From Eledone cirrhosa (lineage: Eukaryota), in NCBI GenBank assembly GCA_964016885.1, contig OZ024751.1, forward strand, positions 30,380,001-30,444,000: a stretch of 64,000 nucleotides of DNA. Reading direction: 5' to 3'. Numbering within the stretch: position 1 is the stretch's first letter; each line of letters starts with the position of its first letter. A program made the position numbers and the translations under genes. The notes below the pieces were generated by a model. That model worked only from the letters and a program-made list of their open reading frames with translations. It did not search any database and was not told the DNA's origin. This document shows, piece by piece, positions 14,495 to 28,268 of this stretch.

Positions 14495-14878
14495 TGGTGG
14501 TGGATTAGCAGCATCAGTAGAACGTCGGATACTATGTCCCTTTACGTTCTGAGTTCAAATCCCGGATGGGACGGAATGTAATTTTCTATTGTAATTTCCT
14601 CTCGTCCGTTGTCTTTCAAGAAAAATAAAAAATAATTACTGGGTGGAGGGCTGGAAGAGTCTGTAGAGCGCCGGAGAAATACTTAGCTGTATTTGTTCCT
14701 GCTCATTATGTTCTGAGTTTAAATCCCGCTGAAGTCATTCAGCTTTGACTTTCATCCTTTCGAGATCGATAAAACAAAGTATCAGTCAAATAATGGGATC
14801 AATATAATCGAATCCCCGCCTCCCGCCAACAAAAAAAAAAAAGATTGCTGGCCTTGTGCCACAATCAGAAATAATTAT
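14495..14878 (+). mobile_element. SINE family 1 copies (one partial, one full)
   Basis: B box GAGTTCAAATCCC near 14551 and a full copy at ~14645-14878. Confidence 0.65.
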
Positions 14879-15288
14879 TTTTGTTGCTGTTGTTGTTGTT
14901 GCTGTTGTTACTTCTTACCAGCGATGACTATGCCTTTGGATATGCTTCAACTATATTCTTTTCAATAATATTTATTAAATGACACTAGTCCCTGGTTTAA
15001 CTACCGCTAGGTATTGTATTATAACAATAGGATTTGAGGAATATTCAAACGTTATTGCGAGTGTGAAGTATCAACTATCTCAGCCAAACAGTAGGGACCT
15101 TTCACCTGAATACTTTATCAATAGATAACCCTCTGTCAAGTAGAACAGGCCACGAAAGACTCCATTTAGTGATAAGCTCTATATATTCTATTCATGCAAT
15201 ATATATATATATATATATACATATATATATAAACATATATATGTACATATATACATATACATATATATATATATACATATATATTTAC

Positions 15289-15325
<37 letters not shown>

Positions 15326-15432
15326 GTATATATACATACATATACATATATATATATATACACATATATATATATTTTTATGCACTCGCATATATATATA
15401 TATATATACATACGCACACACACACATACACG

Positions 15433-15473
<41 letters not shown>

Positions 15474-15776
15474 TCGTTGTTATCCTCAACTCACGAACGA
15501 AATTAATTACTATTTTTTTCAAGTTCAGTTCTTTTCAACTTAGTCCAGTTAATAGTCCAGTTAATATCACTTCACAGCAATTGTTAAGCTATCAATGGAG
15601 GGTGTATTACATTGGTTGAGGAGGGGTTCATAGTTGCTACGGATGAGAACTTCCATTGTTAAAAGAGCTGTATTGTTTGAATAAATGAATAAAGAAGATT
15701 AAGTGCATCAAAGCGAAAGGAAATATGAGTGGAAGAGTAATTCGGGAACAGAACATTTTATAGCCGACAGGTATAC

Positions 15777-15816
<40 letters not shown>

Positions 15817-15935
15817 CACTTGCTCTAGTGCAGACATTCAGACACTAGCACAAGACTTCGTTCAGTGGTCAGGTGTTACATCCTATAGTGTATCGATTCA
15901 ACCAGAATGATGTTCCTATTGTTCTTCAAATTAGC

Positions 15936-15981
<46 letters not shown>

Positions 15982-16641
15982 CATCTATCTCTCTCGCTCT
16001 CTCTGTCTCTCTAGCACACGACCCCCCCCCCCCCCGCTCTCTCCTTCACTTTCTCCCTGTGCCTCTCTCTCTCTCTCTCTATTTATCTGTCCGAAACACT
16101 TACTTGAGGGGGCTTTCTTCTTTGTAGACCTTCTGCTGTCCAGCTTTCTTGAGAGTTTCTTACTACTCCGCCCCTCTCTCCCTCTTCCTCTCTTTCTCTC
16201 TCTCTCATATATATATATTTATTTATATATTTATTTATTTATTTACATACATACATATATACATAACTAGCATAAATCCCGTTTCTCATTTGTGACTTGT
16301 TACTCACTTCTAGGGTGGATTGTAAGTACACAAGATCTTAAAGGGACACCTTTCCCACGGAAGAGATTACCTAGGGTTTGTCCCTTGTCGCTAGTGGTTT
16401 CTTCAATCTAACTACTTGTAATTAGAAGTGAACTTGTAGGGTTCAAAATTGTAAAAAAACGTTGTGTGTACGAATGGAATCCTTCCATGGGGCATCATCG
16501 GAAATAGGCTGGTGGACGCCAAAAGAAACTGGCGCATAGCGTTCTGTATGTATGTATATATGTATATAATGTATATAATATATATAATGTATATATGTAT
16601 ACATGCATACATGTATGTATGTATGTACGTATTTATGTATG

Positions 16642-16680
<39 letters not shown>

Positions 16681-17562
16681 ATACATTAACGGAGCCATAG
16701 GCTCTCGCCGTTCCCTGTAAATAATGTGCATGTGTATACATATATATGTGTATAATATATGTATGTATGCATATATATATATATATATATATATGTGTGT
16801 TTGTGTATGTATGTATGTATGTAAACTATTTTACTTAGTCGATAGATTTTTATGTAGCCAAAGCTACATTTATGTATTTATGTAAACAACGTTACAATAC
16901 ACACAAGAATGATATTAAGGACTAATCTTTTATGTTTCATGAAACTTAAGGTTGCCAAGTATTTTCACAGCAAACTGGGAATTACCTTCCATCTTGATTT
17001 GTTGTGTTAAACCGTATACACCAATTGCTACGGAGATTGTTGTAGTTCTCATTTACCAAACATTTTTTCCCTTTCTACTTTTTTATTTTGTTTAATATTC
17101 TAGATTTTACTTCCCATGCTGTGTTTGGCGTAAAAAGAACTTTTTAAGGTTGTCAAACTAGTAACAATATACAAATGCACTTATACATAAGATATTATTC
17201 TCTCGGCCTCGGTAGGACAGTGATGTAAAACGGAAACTAATTAGTGATATCGGATTTGAAGACGGTATTCTCGTTGCAGATACAGTTTGACCGAGAACTT
17301 AAGATTTATCCAACAAATCCATCCCACAGCATGACTATATTATGTTTCAAATATATTAACATGTATCAGTATACTGAACTTTTAGCTTACATGCTGTGAT
17401 TCGTGTAAAAAGAATTTTTAAACAAATCTCGAAATTACACTCATATGTAAATTAACTTAGCCATATGTAATCTAAACCACATTGTCTGAATAATTATTTC
17501 CTGTTATATTCTTGGTGGAGAGGCGAAATTAAATTGACGTGGCATAACGTATTATCTATATA

Positions 17563-17897
17563 GAAGGCGAGTGGCTAAATGGTTAGAGCATCGGATTCAC
17601 AATCATGAGGTTGTGGGTTCGATTCCCGGACCGGGAAATGCGTTGTGTCCTTCAGCAAGACACAATATTTCACGTTGCTCCAGTTTATTCAGCTGTAGAA
17701 ATGAGTTGCGACGTCACTGGTTCCAAGGTATATCGGCCATTGCCTTTATCTTGGACAACATCGGTGGCGTGGAGTGTGAGGACTGGTATGTATGGGTGAC
17801 TGCTGGTCTTCCACAAACAACCTTGCCCGGACTTGTGGCTCGGAAGGAAAACTTTCTAGGTGTAAATCCCACGGTCATTTGTGACCAAAGGACGTCT
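17563..17897 (+). mobile_element. tRNA-derived CORE-type SINE, near full length
   Basis: A box TGGCTAAATGG, B box GGTTCGATTCCC, then the CORE-like TGTGTCCTT.AGCAAGACAC...TTGCTCCAGT...CAGCTGTAGAAATGAG. Confidence 0.8.
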
Positions 17898-19673
17898 GTA
17901 TATCCTGTTATATTCTGAGTAGTAGAGCCGGGGATCTCACCAGGGTAGTGCTTATTCCAGTTTCATTTGTATTTTTAACTGAACTCTCAAGATCCCCTGA
18001 GATTACCGATTCAACGTGAAATGCAGTGTTTGGCTCAAGAAAATTTGACAACCACGTGGTCTAGGAAACGAACCCACGACATTATGGTCGAAGTCCAACA
18101 CCCTAACCATCAAGCAACGTGCTATCACCTCGGTACAAAGGCGAAATTAAATTGACGCGGGAGAACACATTGCCCATATAGCTATATCTTGTTATATTCT
18201 CGTTGGACCCTAATTTGAGAGAAACTTGACTGCTATTTCTAGCAGGTTATCAACTGCGTAGACGCTTCCTCGTGATGTTGGTATTAGTGGTCAGAAGTAT
18301 TTGATGGAACACAGTGGGAATTGAGGGAGATTTGCCTGTTATTTCTAGTAGTTTTGTTTACCATATAAGGTTCCCTCGCTGGTACAGATTGAGAGGCCAC
18401 GTGGAGACCCCTTCGATGGCTGTGTTTATTGGTAGGTGGTGGTGATGGTGGTGGTGATGGTGCGTGGGGGGGGGGGGGGGGGGTTAGTGAGATGAGTATT
18501 GGTTGATTAGTGTTAGTGTTGGTGGTGGGATAAGTATTGGTTCATGGTTAGTGGTAGCTGGTGGTGTTGATGGTGGTGTGTAGTGGTTGTTGGTGGTGGT
18601 AGTGTATACTGGTTGGTGATGGTGTATGGTGTTTGGTGGTGGTGGTGTATGGTGTATAGGGGTTGGCGGTGGTGGTGCATAGTGTTTGGTGGTGGTCGTC
18701 GTCGTCGTGTTGTTGTTGTTGATGGTGGTGGTGGTGACGGTGGTGGCGGTGGTAGCTCCGCCGTGTGTTCGCTGTAGCCTGTTTCTAATCTAAGGAATGT
18801 ATCACTACAGCGCCCCCTTTCGTTGACAGCTAACTTATGTAGTTCTTAGTTTTCATCCTTCCTCTTCATCAACTATTTCCTTCTTTTCTTCATCCTCTTC
18901 CTCTACTATACAAAAGTAAAAAAGAAAACACTGAAAAACAAAAACAAACAGCAACAAATAAATTAATTAATGCAGCAAATAAAATTTTAAAAAATGACAA
19001 AAAAAAAAGAATATAAATAAGATTTAAAATGAAATTAAAACAACAAAATTTGACTAGAAAAAATGGTTTAAAAGCTCGGAATATCTGGTCCCTCTTTCCC
19101 TTTTGTCAGTCGACATTTGGTGTTGGTTTGTTCCCCTATAGTAAACCCCATCATTTCCATAACTCCATACACACAGCTACTGTTATATTATCACAATTAC
19201 ACACCACCATAGCTACTACCTTCACCATCACCATTGCTACGACCACCATAGTCACTACCACCATCATCACCATCACTATATAACCATAGCAAATACCACC
19301 ACCACCACTACCACCATAGCCACTACCACCACTATACCACCATAGCCACTACCACCACTATACCACCATAGCCACTACCACCACCATCATCACCACTATA
19401 CCACCATAGCAAATACCACCACCACCATCACTACGACTACAATACCACCATAGTCACAACAACCACCACCACCACAGTCAATATCACTACAACCACTAAA
19501 CCACCATAGACACTACCATCACCATCATCATCGCAATCAGCACCAGCATCATTACCACTAAGACCTCCACCCCTATACCACCACTACCACCATACCGGAT
19601 CTAAATATTATTTAATGATTAATATCCTCGGTAGTATGAAATGCAATGATTAGGGAAATATTCTGGGTTAACT

Positions 19674-19790
19674 GGCGCATGGCTCACTGGTTAGAGAATT
19701 TGATTCGCAATCGTGAAGTTACAAGTTCAATTCCTGGACTGGACGATGCGTTATGTCCTTGAGCAAGACACTTTATTTCACGTTGCTCTT
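19674..19790 (+). mobile_element. CORE-type SINE, 3'-truncated
   Basis: GGCGCATGGCTCACTGGTTAGAG...TCCTTGAGCAAGACACTTTATTTCACGTTGCTC. Confidence 0.7.
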
Positions 19791-19932
19791 TCTACCAGGA
19801 GTTGCAAACGGTAAGTAGTATCAGCAACTGGAAAGGAAACATTGTTTCCTTGGTCCGATTTAATGTGTTCCACCCCACTCGGTAAGTGAATGATGTGTGA
19901 GATCTTATCGATTGTTTCCTTTATTAGTATTG

Positions 19933-20458
19933 GATTGGCAAAATCGGTAGAGCGCCAGACATCTTGCTTCGTGGCATAGAGTTACGGCTTTTTACGTTCT
20001 GAGTTCAAATCCCGCCAAGGTTAACTTTACCTTTCATCCTTACGAGGTCGATAAAATAAATTACCAGTAATGCACTGGGGTCGATTTAATTGACTTTCCT
20101 GTCCCCTTCAAATTACTGGCCTTATGCCTAAAGCAGAAATTATTTGGCCGAGTAATTCTGAATGTGATTCTAAATATAGATTATTTGGCCGAACAAGCAG
20201 AGAAGTCTTGAATGTTTCTGCCTTATAAGACTTCATCACATCTAATTAGTAAGTATAAATGTCGGCTCAGTGGATTGGCAGTATCATTAGAGCGTCAGAC
20301 ACCATGTTTTGCAGCATAGAGTTATGGCCCTTTACATTCTGAGTTCAAATCCGGCCGAGGTTAACTTTAACTTTCATTCTTACGGGGTCGATAAAATAAA
20401 GTACCAGTAATGTACTAGTGTAATTATTGGTCTTCTGCTAAAAGTAGAAACAATTATT
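19933..20458 (+). mobile_element. Two SINE family 1 copies
   Basis: Copies at ~19933-20143 and ~20268-20458. Confidence 0.75.
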
Positions 20459-20835
20459 GTTGGTACCATAGCAACTAACTTACTAATATAGAGATGTTAG
20501 TAAAAACTTTGAGTGGCGCCCGGAAATAAGTTTAACGGATAATCTAATTATAAAGGGTGCATTTAACCCTAGCATGGTTATTTCTGATGTCAAAAACGTC
20601 GAAAATAATGAAACCCACCTTTTCATTAATTAAATATGCAGGCTGGATCCTTTATAATTAAGTTTCCATTAATCTCATTCCTCAGTGACACTCGAATGTT
20701 TTTCTACGAACATCTGTATATAGTAAATATGTTTCTATATTGCCAGCAAGAAATAGAGAATGTTATACTTCCTCTGACAAAATCTAATAAAACATAATTG
20801 TTCAGAGTAGCTACTCTAACTTGTTCGACAAAATA

Positions 20836-21210
20836 ATGGTTCCTGATTAGGTGGAGGGGAAAGCCGATTATGTCGACCCTAGTGCGTTACTGGTGCTTTA
20901 TTTTATTGACCCCGTAAGGATGAAAGGCAGAGTTAATCTCGGCGGGATTTGAACTCAGAACGTAAATTCTATGCCACAAAGCTTATTGTCTGACGCCTTG
21001 TTCGACTAAATAATGTTTCTGATCTAGAGACAAGGCCAACAATTTTGGAGGAGGACAAAGTCGATTAAATAGACCCCTGTTCATTACTGGTACTTTGTTT
21101 TATCGACCCCGAGAGGATAAAAGGCAAAACTAACTTCGGGGGATCTGAACACAGAACGTAGAGGACCGTAACTGTATGCTACAAGGCATGTTGTCCGACG
21201 CTCTACTGAT
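20836..21210 (-). mobile_element. Two SINE family 1 copies, inverted relative to the preceding pair
   Basis: Copies at ~20836-20997 and ~21012-21210. Confidence 0.75.
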
Positions 21211-21254
21211 ACTTGTACATTGAAAAAAATCTACTTAATCCTGAGGTTCTTACG

Positions 21255-21446
21255 TCGTCACTCGATTTGCTAGAAATAGCAATCAAATCTCCCGTAAATT
21301 AGACTCTATTGTTATAAAAATAAAGAAAAAATGCCTTAATTGATATAGCTATAGATATGCAAACAGCTAGGGTGAACATGAATGGAACACCTTTGATTAT
21401 AGCTTTGATTCATCGTAGCTGATGTGGGTATAAACAACAACAACAA
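21255..21446 (+). mobile_element. Unclassified old retroposon 3' end with an (AAC)n tail
   Basis: GCTAGAAATAGC...AAATCTCCC motif ending in TAAACAACAAC. Inverted relatives lie at ~12165-12275, 18215-18380 and 26124-26310. Confidence 0.45.
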
Positions 21447-21593
21447 TCATATTGTTTAGTTAAGCAAACATTTGTTCGAGATTGGGTGTTAACATCATCT
21501 TACAGCCTTTCAAATCTTCCGTACTTTTAGACGCCACTTGACATGAAAAATAAAAGGTAGAGGGTGTTGATAAGTGGAATAACGGAGGAGATA

Positions 21594-21647
<54 letters not shown>

Positions 21648-21858
21648 ATAATTATAAGTGTATTGCGTCATATTTTAGGTCCCTTGGGTCCAATTGCTGT
21701 GGAAGAGAAAAAAGAAAAAAACTAATGAGAATACATATTATTAGATATTGCAAGAAAACATAAAATTCTATCTTAAAGAAAAAAAGATCTTCATAATATA
21801 ATTCTATAAATCAAATGTTTCTGACATCTCGATTTAGAAAAACAAGAGAATCTCTCTC

Positions 21859-21895
<37 letters not shown>

Positions 21896-22306
21896 ATATA
21901 GATACTCACACACACACACACAAACACACATACAAACACACACACAAACATATATATTTATATATATATATATATATATATATAGTGAGAGAGAGACTAA
22001 ATAAGTACATATGTGCAGAAGAACTCAGTAGCTAGTTTATTGGGTTTGTCACATGGGTGTAACTCGCAATACAAACCAAATAGACACAGGGCACCGTTTT
22101 CATTAGTCGTTTTTCAACGTACTACGTTCACTAGCTTCAGCCATATTGTCATCTCGAATATCAGAAACGTCGCAAAATCGAAGTATTCAATTTTTCCTCT
22201 TGAAAGATGAGAGCACTAGATTTAAATTATAAACATTTTACAATTGTTTTCGACCCAAGTGATAAACAGTATTTTATTACGTTTTCTGACAATTACGCTT
22301 TATTAG

Positions 22307-22339
<33 letters not shown>

Positions 22340-22530
22340 TTAGGTTTGTTGGTTCACCACTGGATAGAACTGGTCATTCCGTATGGTCAACCTCGATGTA
22401 ATATTATGGAGAACACTCAACGTAATGCAACTCACCCGTCTTCGTTTGTGTAGTTGGCGGTGCGAGTACGGAGTTAATTATTATAAAATAACAGGAGGCT
22501 GGACTGGTGTAAATCCTTGAAAGGTTTATT

Positions 22531-22588
22531 ATACTATGAACATTTCAATGACTGGGTTCAGTATGAATCCGGTGACATCATCAGGTAT
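22531..22588 (-). ncRNA. Type I hammerhead ribozyme, intact core, imperfect stem II
   Basis: Minus strand: ATAC-CTGATGA-TGTCACCGGATTCA TAC TGAACCCAGTCATT-GAAA-TG TT CA-TA-GTAT. Confidence 0.6.
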
Positions 22589-23200
22589 TCGAAATATAAC
22601 AAATGAATATAACAGATAAAATTCATGGGGCTGAAAATCAGAGACAAGAGGACGACCGACTATTTAGCAGTATCTACCTCGGTCGGCGGCCCTCTTTCTC
22701 TCTCTATATAGGATAAGTCACGAAACGGAGGTTTGTTCTTATTATTCATTTTTGTGAATTCTAATAAGCTGAATTTGCCTTAATTTTATTATTCTCATAA
22801 ATTTAAACCAACACAATCTTTAACCCAGAACTCCCACTCTCTCTCTCATCCTCCCCCCGCCACCTCTCTCTCACACACTCTCGACATACAAGCACCACAG
22901 TTTCTTGGCAACCGGCCATGCATTTACTGATTAACTAATAAAATACAGACCTAGACTTTCAAACACGTCTCTCCCGCCCCTGTCTCCCCCTCTCCACCCC
23001 CCTCTCTCTCTCTTCTTATATATATATATATAATGTGTGTGTGTCTATCTATCTCCATCGAACCCTCTCACTCATTTTATAATAATCGTACTATAAATGT
23101 AAGGCCTCACTTTCAAAATGCACTAAGAAGTATAAATATGGTTGTTGTTGTTGGTTGTGTGATGTTGTTGATAGTTGTTGTCTTTATATATATATATATA

Positions 23201-23359
23201 ACAAAGAAAGTGTGGTAAGGAACCAGGTGGAGCATAACGCACCAAAGTACTCGATACTTAGGGTAGTAGAGTGGGTAATAGGAAAAGAGGCAGGACCCCG
23301 AGATCCGGATCTAGCTGTCGAAACGGCCGGAGCTCAGCCGTCGGGGTCCTGACTCTTTT

Positions 23360-23363
<4 letters not shown>
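23201..23363. mobile_element. Family A element with an internal deletion
   Basis: Same tail. Arms GGAAAAGAGGCAGGACCCCGA and TCGGGGTCCTGACTCTTTTCC, with (TA)n on both sides. Confidence 0.7.
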
Positions 23364-23416
<53 letters not shown>

Positions 23417-24415
23417 AATGGCTTCTACAGGACTAAAACTGTTTCATTGGGGGAGAGAGTAATTTGGACCTGGAAATCTACCTGGTACCTTGTGACTGCG
23501 ACCTTCCAACAATCTTGACCAGCCACGAATCACTATGCATAATGGTATGCAGAGTTGGTATATTTAGGAAGAAAATGTACGACCGTGAGTTTCTACGCTT
23601 TCTGCTCGTGATTTTACATAAACAACCGTTCTTGCATGGGGTGTGTAGTCACGAGCAGAAACCGTTGGAGCTCACGGTTGAAAATTTTATAATTAAAGAT
23701 TAATTAGTCTCTAATATTTAAACATCTCAATGAATGGATAAAATATATAGATAAAATATCAATCAGAGAAGCAATACTACATATCAAATTTAAGTGAAAA
23801 ACTCTATTTATGGGATAATAAATCAGACAGACCCCCCTATAAATTTTAGTTAATCCCACTTATATATCGATCTCCCTACCATGGTTTCATTTGAAGAAGT
23901 AATTATTGGAAACGACCAACATTTGAAGAATCCGCAAATTCATCAGGGGAGTATTTCTACAATTCCAAGAGGCAATATTTATCATGGAACTATATATACC
24001 GTTACACAGGCAGCATGCTGAACAAAAACACACCACCAACATATATCATCTCAATACTAACAACATCATCATCATCATCAACAAGTACTACAGTAAGTCT
24101 TATAGACTAATATCTTATTCTCAGTACATTGTGATTCATTAATGTAACGTTGAATTATACTAAACTGTTCTTATCTTTATTACAAACATATGTCCTTAGA
24201 ATATAAAGACGTTTTCGAATAATTAAAATAATACAGAATTTTTTTCATTCACAAACAGCAATTTTATTGAAAGTTTTCCTTTCGAAGTATATACACTATC
24301 TGCAGCTCGTGCGTGTGTGTGTGTGTACATGGATACATGTGTGTGTAGGTATACGTAGGTACGTATGCGCGTATGTATTTGTCTAAATAAGAAATCATTA
24401 TTATCCCACACTTCA

Positions 24416-24637
24416 GGGCGCTGGATTGGCAGTATCGGTAGAGAGTCGGACACCATGCTTTACAACATAGAGTTACGGCCCTTTACGGTCTGAGTTCAAA
24501 TCCCACCGAGCTTAACTTTGCCTTTCATCCTTACAGGGTCGATAAAATAAAGCACCAGTAATGCGCTGGGGTCGATTTAATCGACTTTCCCCCTCCCCCC
24601 AAATTACTGGCGTTGTGCCTATACTAGAAATCATTAT
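24416..24637 (+). mobile_element. tRNA-derived SINE family 1, full length
   Basis: A-box-like TGGCAGTATCGG, B box GAGTTCAAATCCC, body TTTGCCTTTCATCCTTAC.GGGTCGATAAAATAAAG.ACCAGT, tail TGTGCC.A.A.TAGAAA. Confidence 0.8.
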
Positions 24638-24779
24638 CATCCCACACTACAAGGACTGTGGATTTGAAACCCTCTGGCTTTGAAACCCTAGGTAGCAAGC
24701 AGGATCAGCTGAACTGAACACAAGCCGGAACATCTTGGCATCGCAGTCGCGTTTGTACCTCCCCATCTCTGTCTTCGTT

Positions 24780-24830
24780 CAGGGTGAAAGCAGCGATTCT
24801 TTGCTTAAACTTTAATCTGTACTTATAATA
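24780..24830 (-). repeat. Short dispersed repeat, three copies
   Basis: TATTATAAG.ACAGATT.AA.TTTAAGCAAAGAATCGCTGCTTTCA.CCT occurs here (minus strand) and at ~54333-54420 and ~55040-55140 (plus strand). Confidence 0.6.
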
Positions 24831-24929
24831 AATATTTGCTCTACGGGTTTATATATATTTTATATATATATAATCCTTATCGAGCCCTCTTCGGATTTTA
24901 ATCTTTACATTTATTATTACTATATACTG

Positions 24930-24968
<39 letters not shown>

Positions 24969-25583
24969 AAAAAAAAACGTTTCTACATAAAAGGAAATGA
25001 AAACAAAGAAACAGAAATCTCTAAATTTGTTAATATCTCCACCGCTTTATTATTATTGCTATTATTATTATTAGATTTGTGTTGGAAATGTGTTTGTGAT
25101 ATAATTTCCATAAATCTTGTGCCAATTATTATCAAATGTACAGGGACAATTACTGGTGAATCTTGACATGATTATTTATAGGCTGTCTGCCAGACACCCG
25201 CTGATCTACACAGTCTTCAGAAGATTCTATCTTGCCAACATACAGGCAGAAACGAAAAAAAAACAAAAAAAAAACACCAGTGTTCTGCTATAACGGCGTT
25301 GTTCCAGCAATTTCTGGAATCATTACAAAAACAAACACACAAACAAATCGACGGGGTCTGAAGTGTCGGTGGAAATAGGCGAAGTCATGACACCGACACC
25401 GTAGAATGATGTACGTATGTGATGGTGGCTGTAGAAAAAAAATGGCTGCTGTGCGGTATAATCTGCTCGACTGTGTGATTTGGTGTAGAGTGGCGTGTTA
25501 TAGTGTGATATGCTGGAATCTGATGTACAGTGTAGTTATTGTTGTTATTATCGTTGTTGCTGTTGTTGTTATAATTATTATTA

Positions 25584-26030
25584 GGGTGGTAGATTGGCAA
25601 CATAAGTAGTGCGTCGGACAACGTGATGTGTGGTATATAGTTACGTCCCTTTTCCTTTTATCCTTACGGGGTCGATAAATAAAGCACCAGTAAAGCACTG
25701 GGTCGATTTAATCGACTTTCCCCTCCCCTTCAAATTGCTGACCTTGTGCCTAAATTAGAAACACTTATTATAATTATTATTAAGGCGGTATGTAGATAGT
25801 ATCAGTAGAGCGTCAGACACCATGCTCCACGGCATAGTATTACGTCCCTTTATCTTCTGAGTTCAAACCCCACCGAGGTCTTGTACCTAAATCAGAAACC
25901 ATTATGAGTGCGGTAGATTGGCATCATCAATAGAATATACGGCTTTTAGTTACGACTTTCTACGCCCTGAGCTCAAATCCCGCCGATGTTAGCTTTGCCT
26001 TTCATCCTTCTGTGGTCAATAAAATAAAGT
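25584..26030 (+). mobile_element. Three tandem SINE family 1 copies with deletions
   Basis: Copies at ~25584-25768, ~25784-25905 and ~25907-26030. Confidence 0.7.
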
Positions 26031-26696
26031 ATATGATGTGTTGCATAACATAGTGTAACTCCATGCTCAATTGGTATTGTTGTTGTAGTTGATATTGATG
26101 CTGTTGTTGTTGGTGGTGGTGGTGTTTAGCCCCAGGTCAGTTCTGGTGAAAGGCATTTGAAGCGTAACTTTCCCACGAATTTAAAGGCTATACTGGACTA
26201 CAATAGCTAATATGTCTGTTACTTTCTCAAGACCACAAGAGTGTGATTTGAAGATGATTTGAGCGTTATGTCTAGCATATCAAGCAACCACACAAAAACT
26301 CTCTCGTTGGTTCGTGTATAAGAATTAATGAATGTCCTGGAGCGGTACAGAATAATGTGGAAGGATCTAGTGAGTAATGTTAAAGTAAAGTATGGTGTAG
26401 TTAAGTGTAGAATAGAGTAGTATTCTATGATGTGGTGGGATGTAGATCTGGAAAGATTGTTTCGTTAATTTTATGACTGAATTAAACAATAAATCCATCT
26501 CAGTTTTGATGGTTTCATTACACAGTTACAAGTATTTCGAGTTATTTTATCACCTACACTTGATGTTTATTGATGTGTTAACTAGTTTTTTTTTGTTTTT
26601 TTTTTACCATAAGCCTTTATCTACAAACACGGAATGCACGAACACACATACACAAACATATATTTATATATATATACATACACACACACACATCTC

Positions 26697-26740
<44 letters not shown>

Positions 26741-26742
26741 TG

Positions 26743-26828
<86 letters not shown>

Positions 26829-27257
26829 CTACTATTATGTCAGATTCTCCATGATCACAAATGTAATTCCTTCTCGACAATTTTCTACAGTAGACCATAA
26901 ATACTGAAAGCCGAAGTATTAACCCTGTTTTTCCCCAAAAAACTATTGTCATGATAAATAAAATATTGCTAGTTTCATGACCCTACGCTAGTCAATCTCT
27001 CTGAAATATTTCACTGTTGGGATTCCAGTCTTTAAATATTGCTAATTAGAAAACATTGCTGCTTACTGATTTATTAATGTATTTTACACTTCTTCGCATT
27101 ATTTTTTATTTCAATGTCAAAGCCATCTTCTGTCTCGTTGATGTGGATTCTTTGTTGGTATTGTCTTTCAGATACAGAGCTTGCTTTGACGTTAATGAAT
27201 ATCTGCTCCTCTTCAGGTAAGGTTTATTCATCTATATACAAGCAATGATATATTATA

Positions 27258-27442
27258 TAAGAGTAGGCTGAAACGTTCATAGGCTAACTATAAAGGAGTG
27301 AAATCTTGCAGGCATTGATTTCAACTCTTTTTATTAATAACTGCATTGTTTCTTTCTAGGGACTATGTTGAAAAATATACCTTATTTGGTCTTTCTATGG
27401 GAGTATCTTGGTCAGCCAATGAACTTTTTAACTAACACTCAA
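27258..27442. mobile_element. Mariner/Tc1-type MITE
   Basis: Imperfect terminal inverted repeats GAGTAGGCTGAAACGTTCATAGGCTAAC and GTCAGCCAATGAACTTTTTAACTAACACTC. A partial inverted copy lies at ~14385-14495. Confidence 0.55.
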
Positions 27443-27527
27443 ATATGTAGATGGTTCGTTTCCGATTTGCAGCTTTCCATAAGTCGTTTTATTTTCACTT
27501 TCTTTATTTTTGAGTAGATGGTTCAGT

Positions 27528-27768
27528 GAAGGCGTGTGGTTTAGTGTTGGACTCAACACACAACCATGAGGTAGTAAGTTCGATTCCCTGAACTGGTGTT
27601 GCATTGTGTCCTTGATCAAGAAACTAATTCACGTTACTCCAATTCACACAGCAGGAGAAAATGAGCCGTGACATCACTGGTGTCAAACAATATCGGCATT
27701 TGCCTTTTCCTTGGATAACATCATATATCGTGTATATATACAGTACATAGTGTATGTATAATATATAC

Positions 27769-27803
<35 letters not shown>

Positions 27804-28032
27804 TGTATGTATGTATGTATGTATGTATGTATGTATGTATGTATAATTTATATAGTAACGCCGTCACTGATGTCAAGTTGTATCGGCCTTTGTCTTTCCC
27901 TTGGACGACATCAATGGCGTGGAGACTGGTATGCATATGTGACCGCTGGTCTTCCACAAACAACCTTGTCCCAGTTTGTACCTGAGAAGGGAAACTTTAT
28001 AGATGCAAACATATAGTCATTCCTGACCGAGG
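27528..28032 (+). mobile_element. CORE-type SINE interrupted by (TATG)n, with a ~55 bp segment present on both sides
   Basis: Same head, core and tail as the 17563 copy; 27667-27723 resembles 27860-27913. Confidence 0.75.
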
Positions 28033-28236
28033 GGGGTGCGGGGTCTACGATTCAGTTGCTGCTCATGAGATTTCATAATTTGTGTGTTCCCGTTCATCTT
28101 TTGTTTTTCTTTTATATCACGTTTGTTCTCCAGACTGCATTGCATAGATATAATAGAAACATATGTAGGAAATTAAAAAAATGTTCATAGAGATAACAAT
28201 AACGATGAAGTATATATATATGTATGTATGTATGTA

Positions 28237-28268
<32 letters not shown>

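Noticed and set aside
17566-17630. tRNA gene
   Set aside because: The A/B boxes run straight into a SINE core shared by many copies, and there is no complete acceptor stem.
20645-20692. Minus-strand CTGAGGA...GAAA candidate
   Set aside because: Stems I and II do not pair.
26960-27012. Minus-strand CAGAGAGA-TTGAC...GTCAT-GAAA-CTAG-CA motif
   Set aside because: Possibly a decayed HHR, but both the core box and the NUH site are mutated, so it was not counted.
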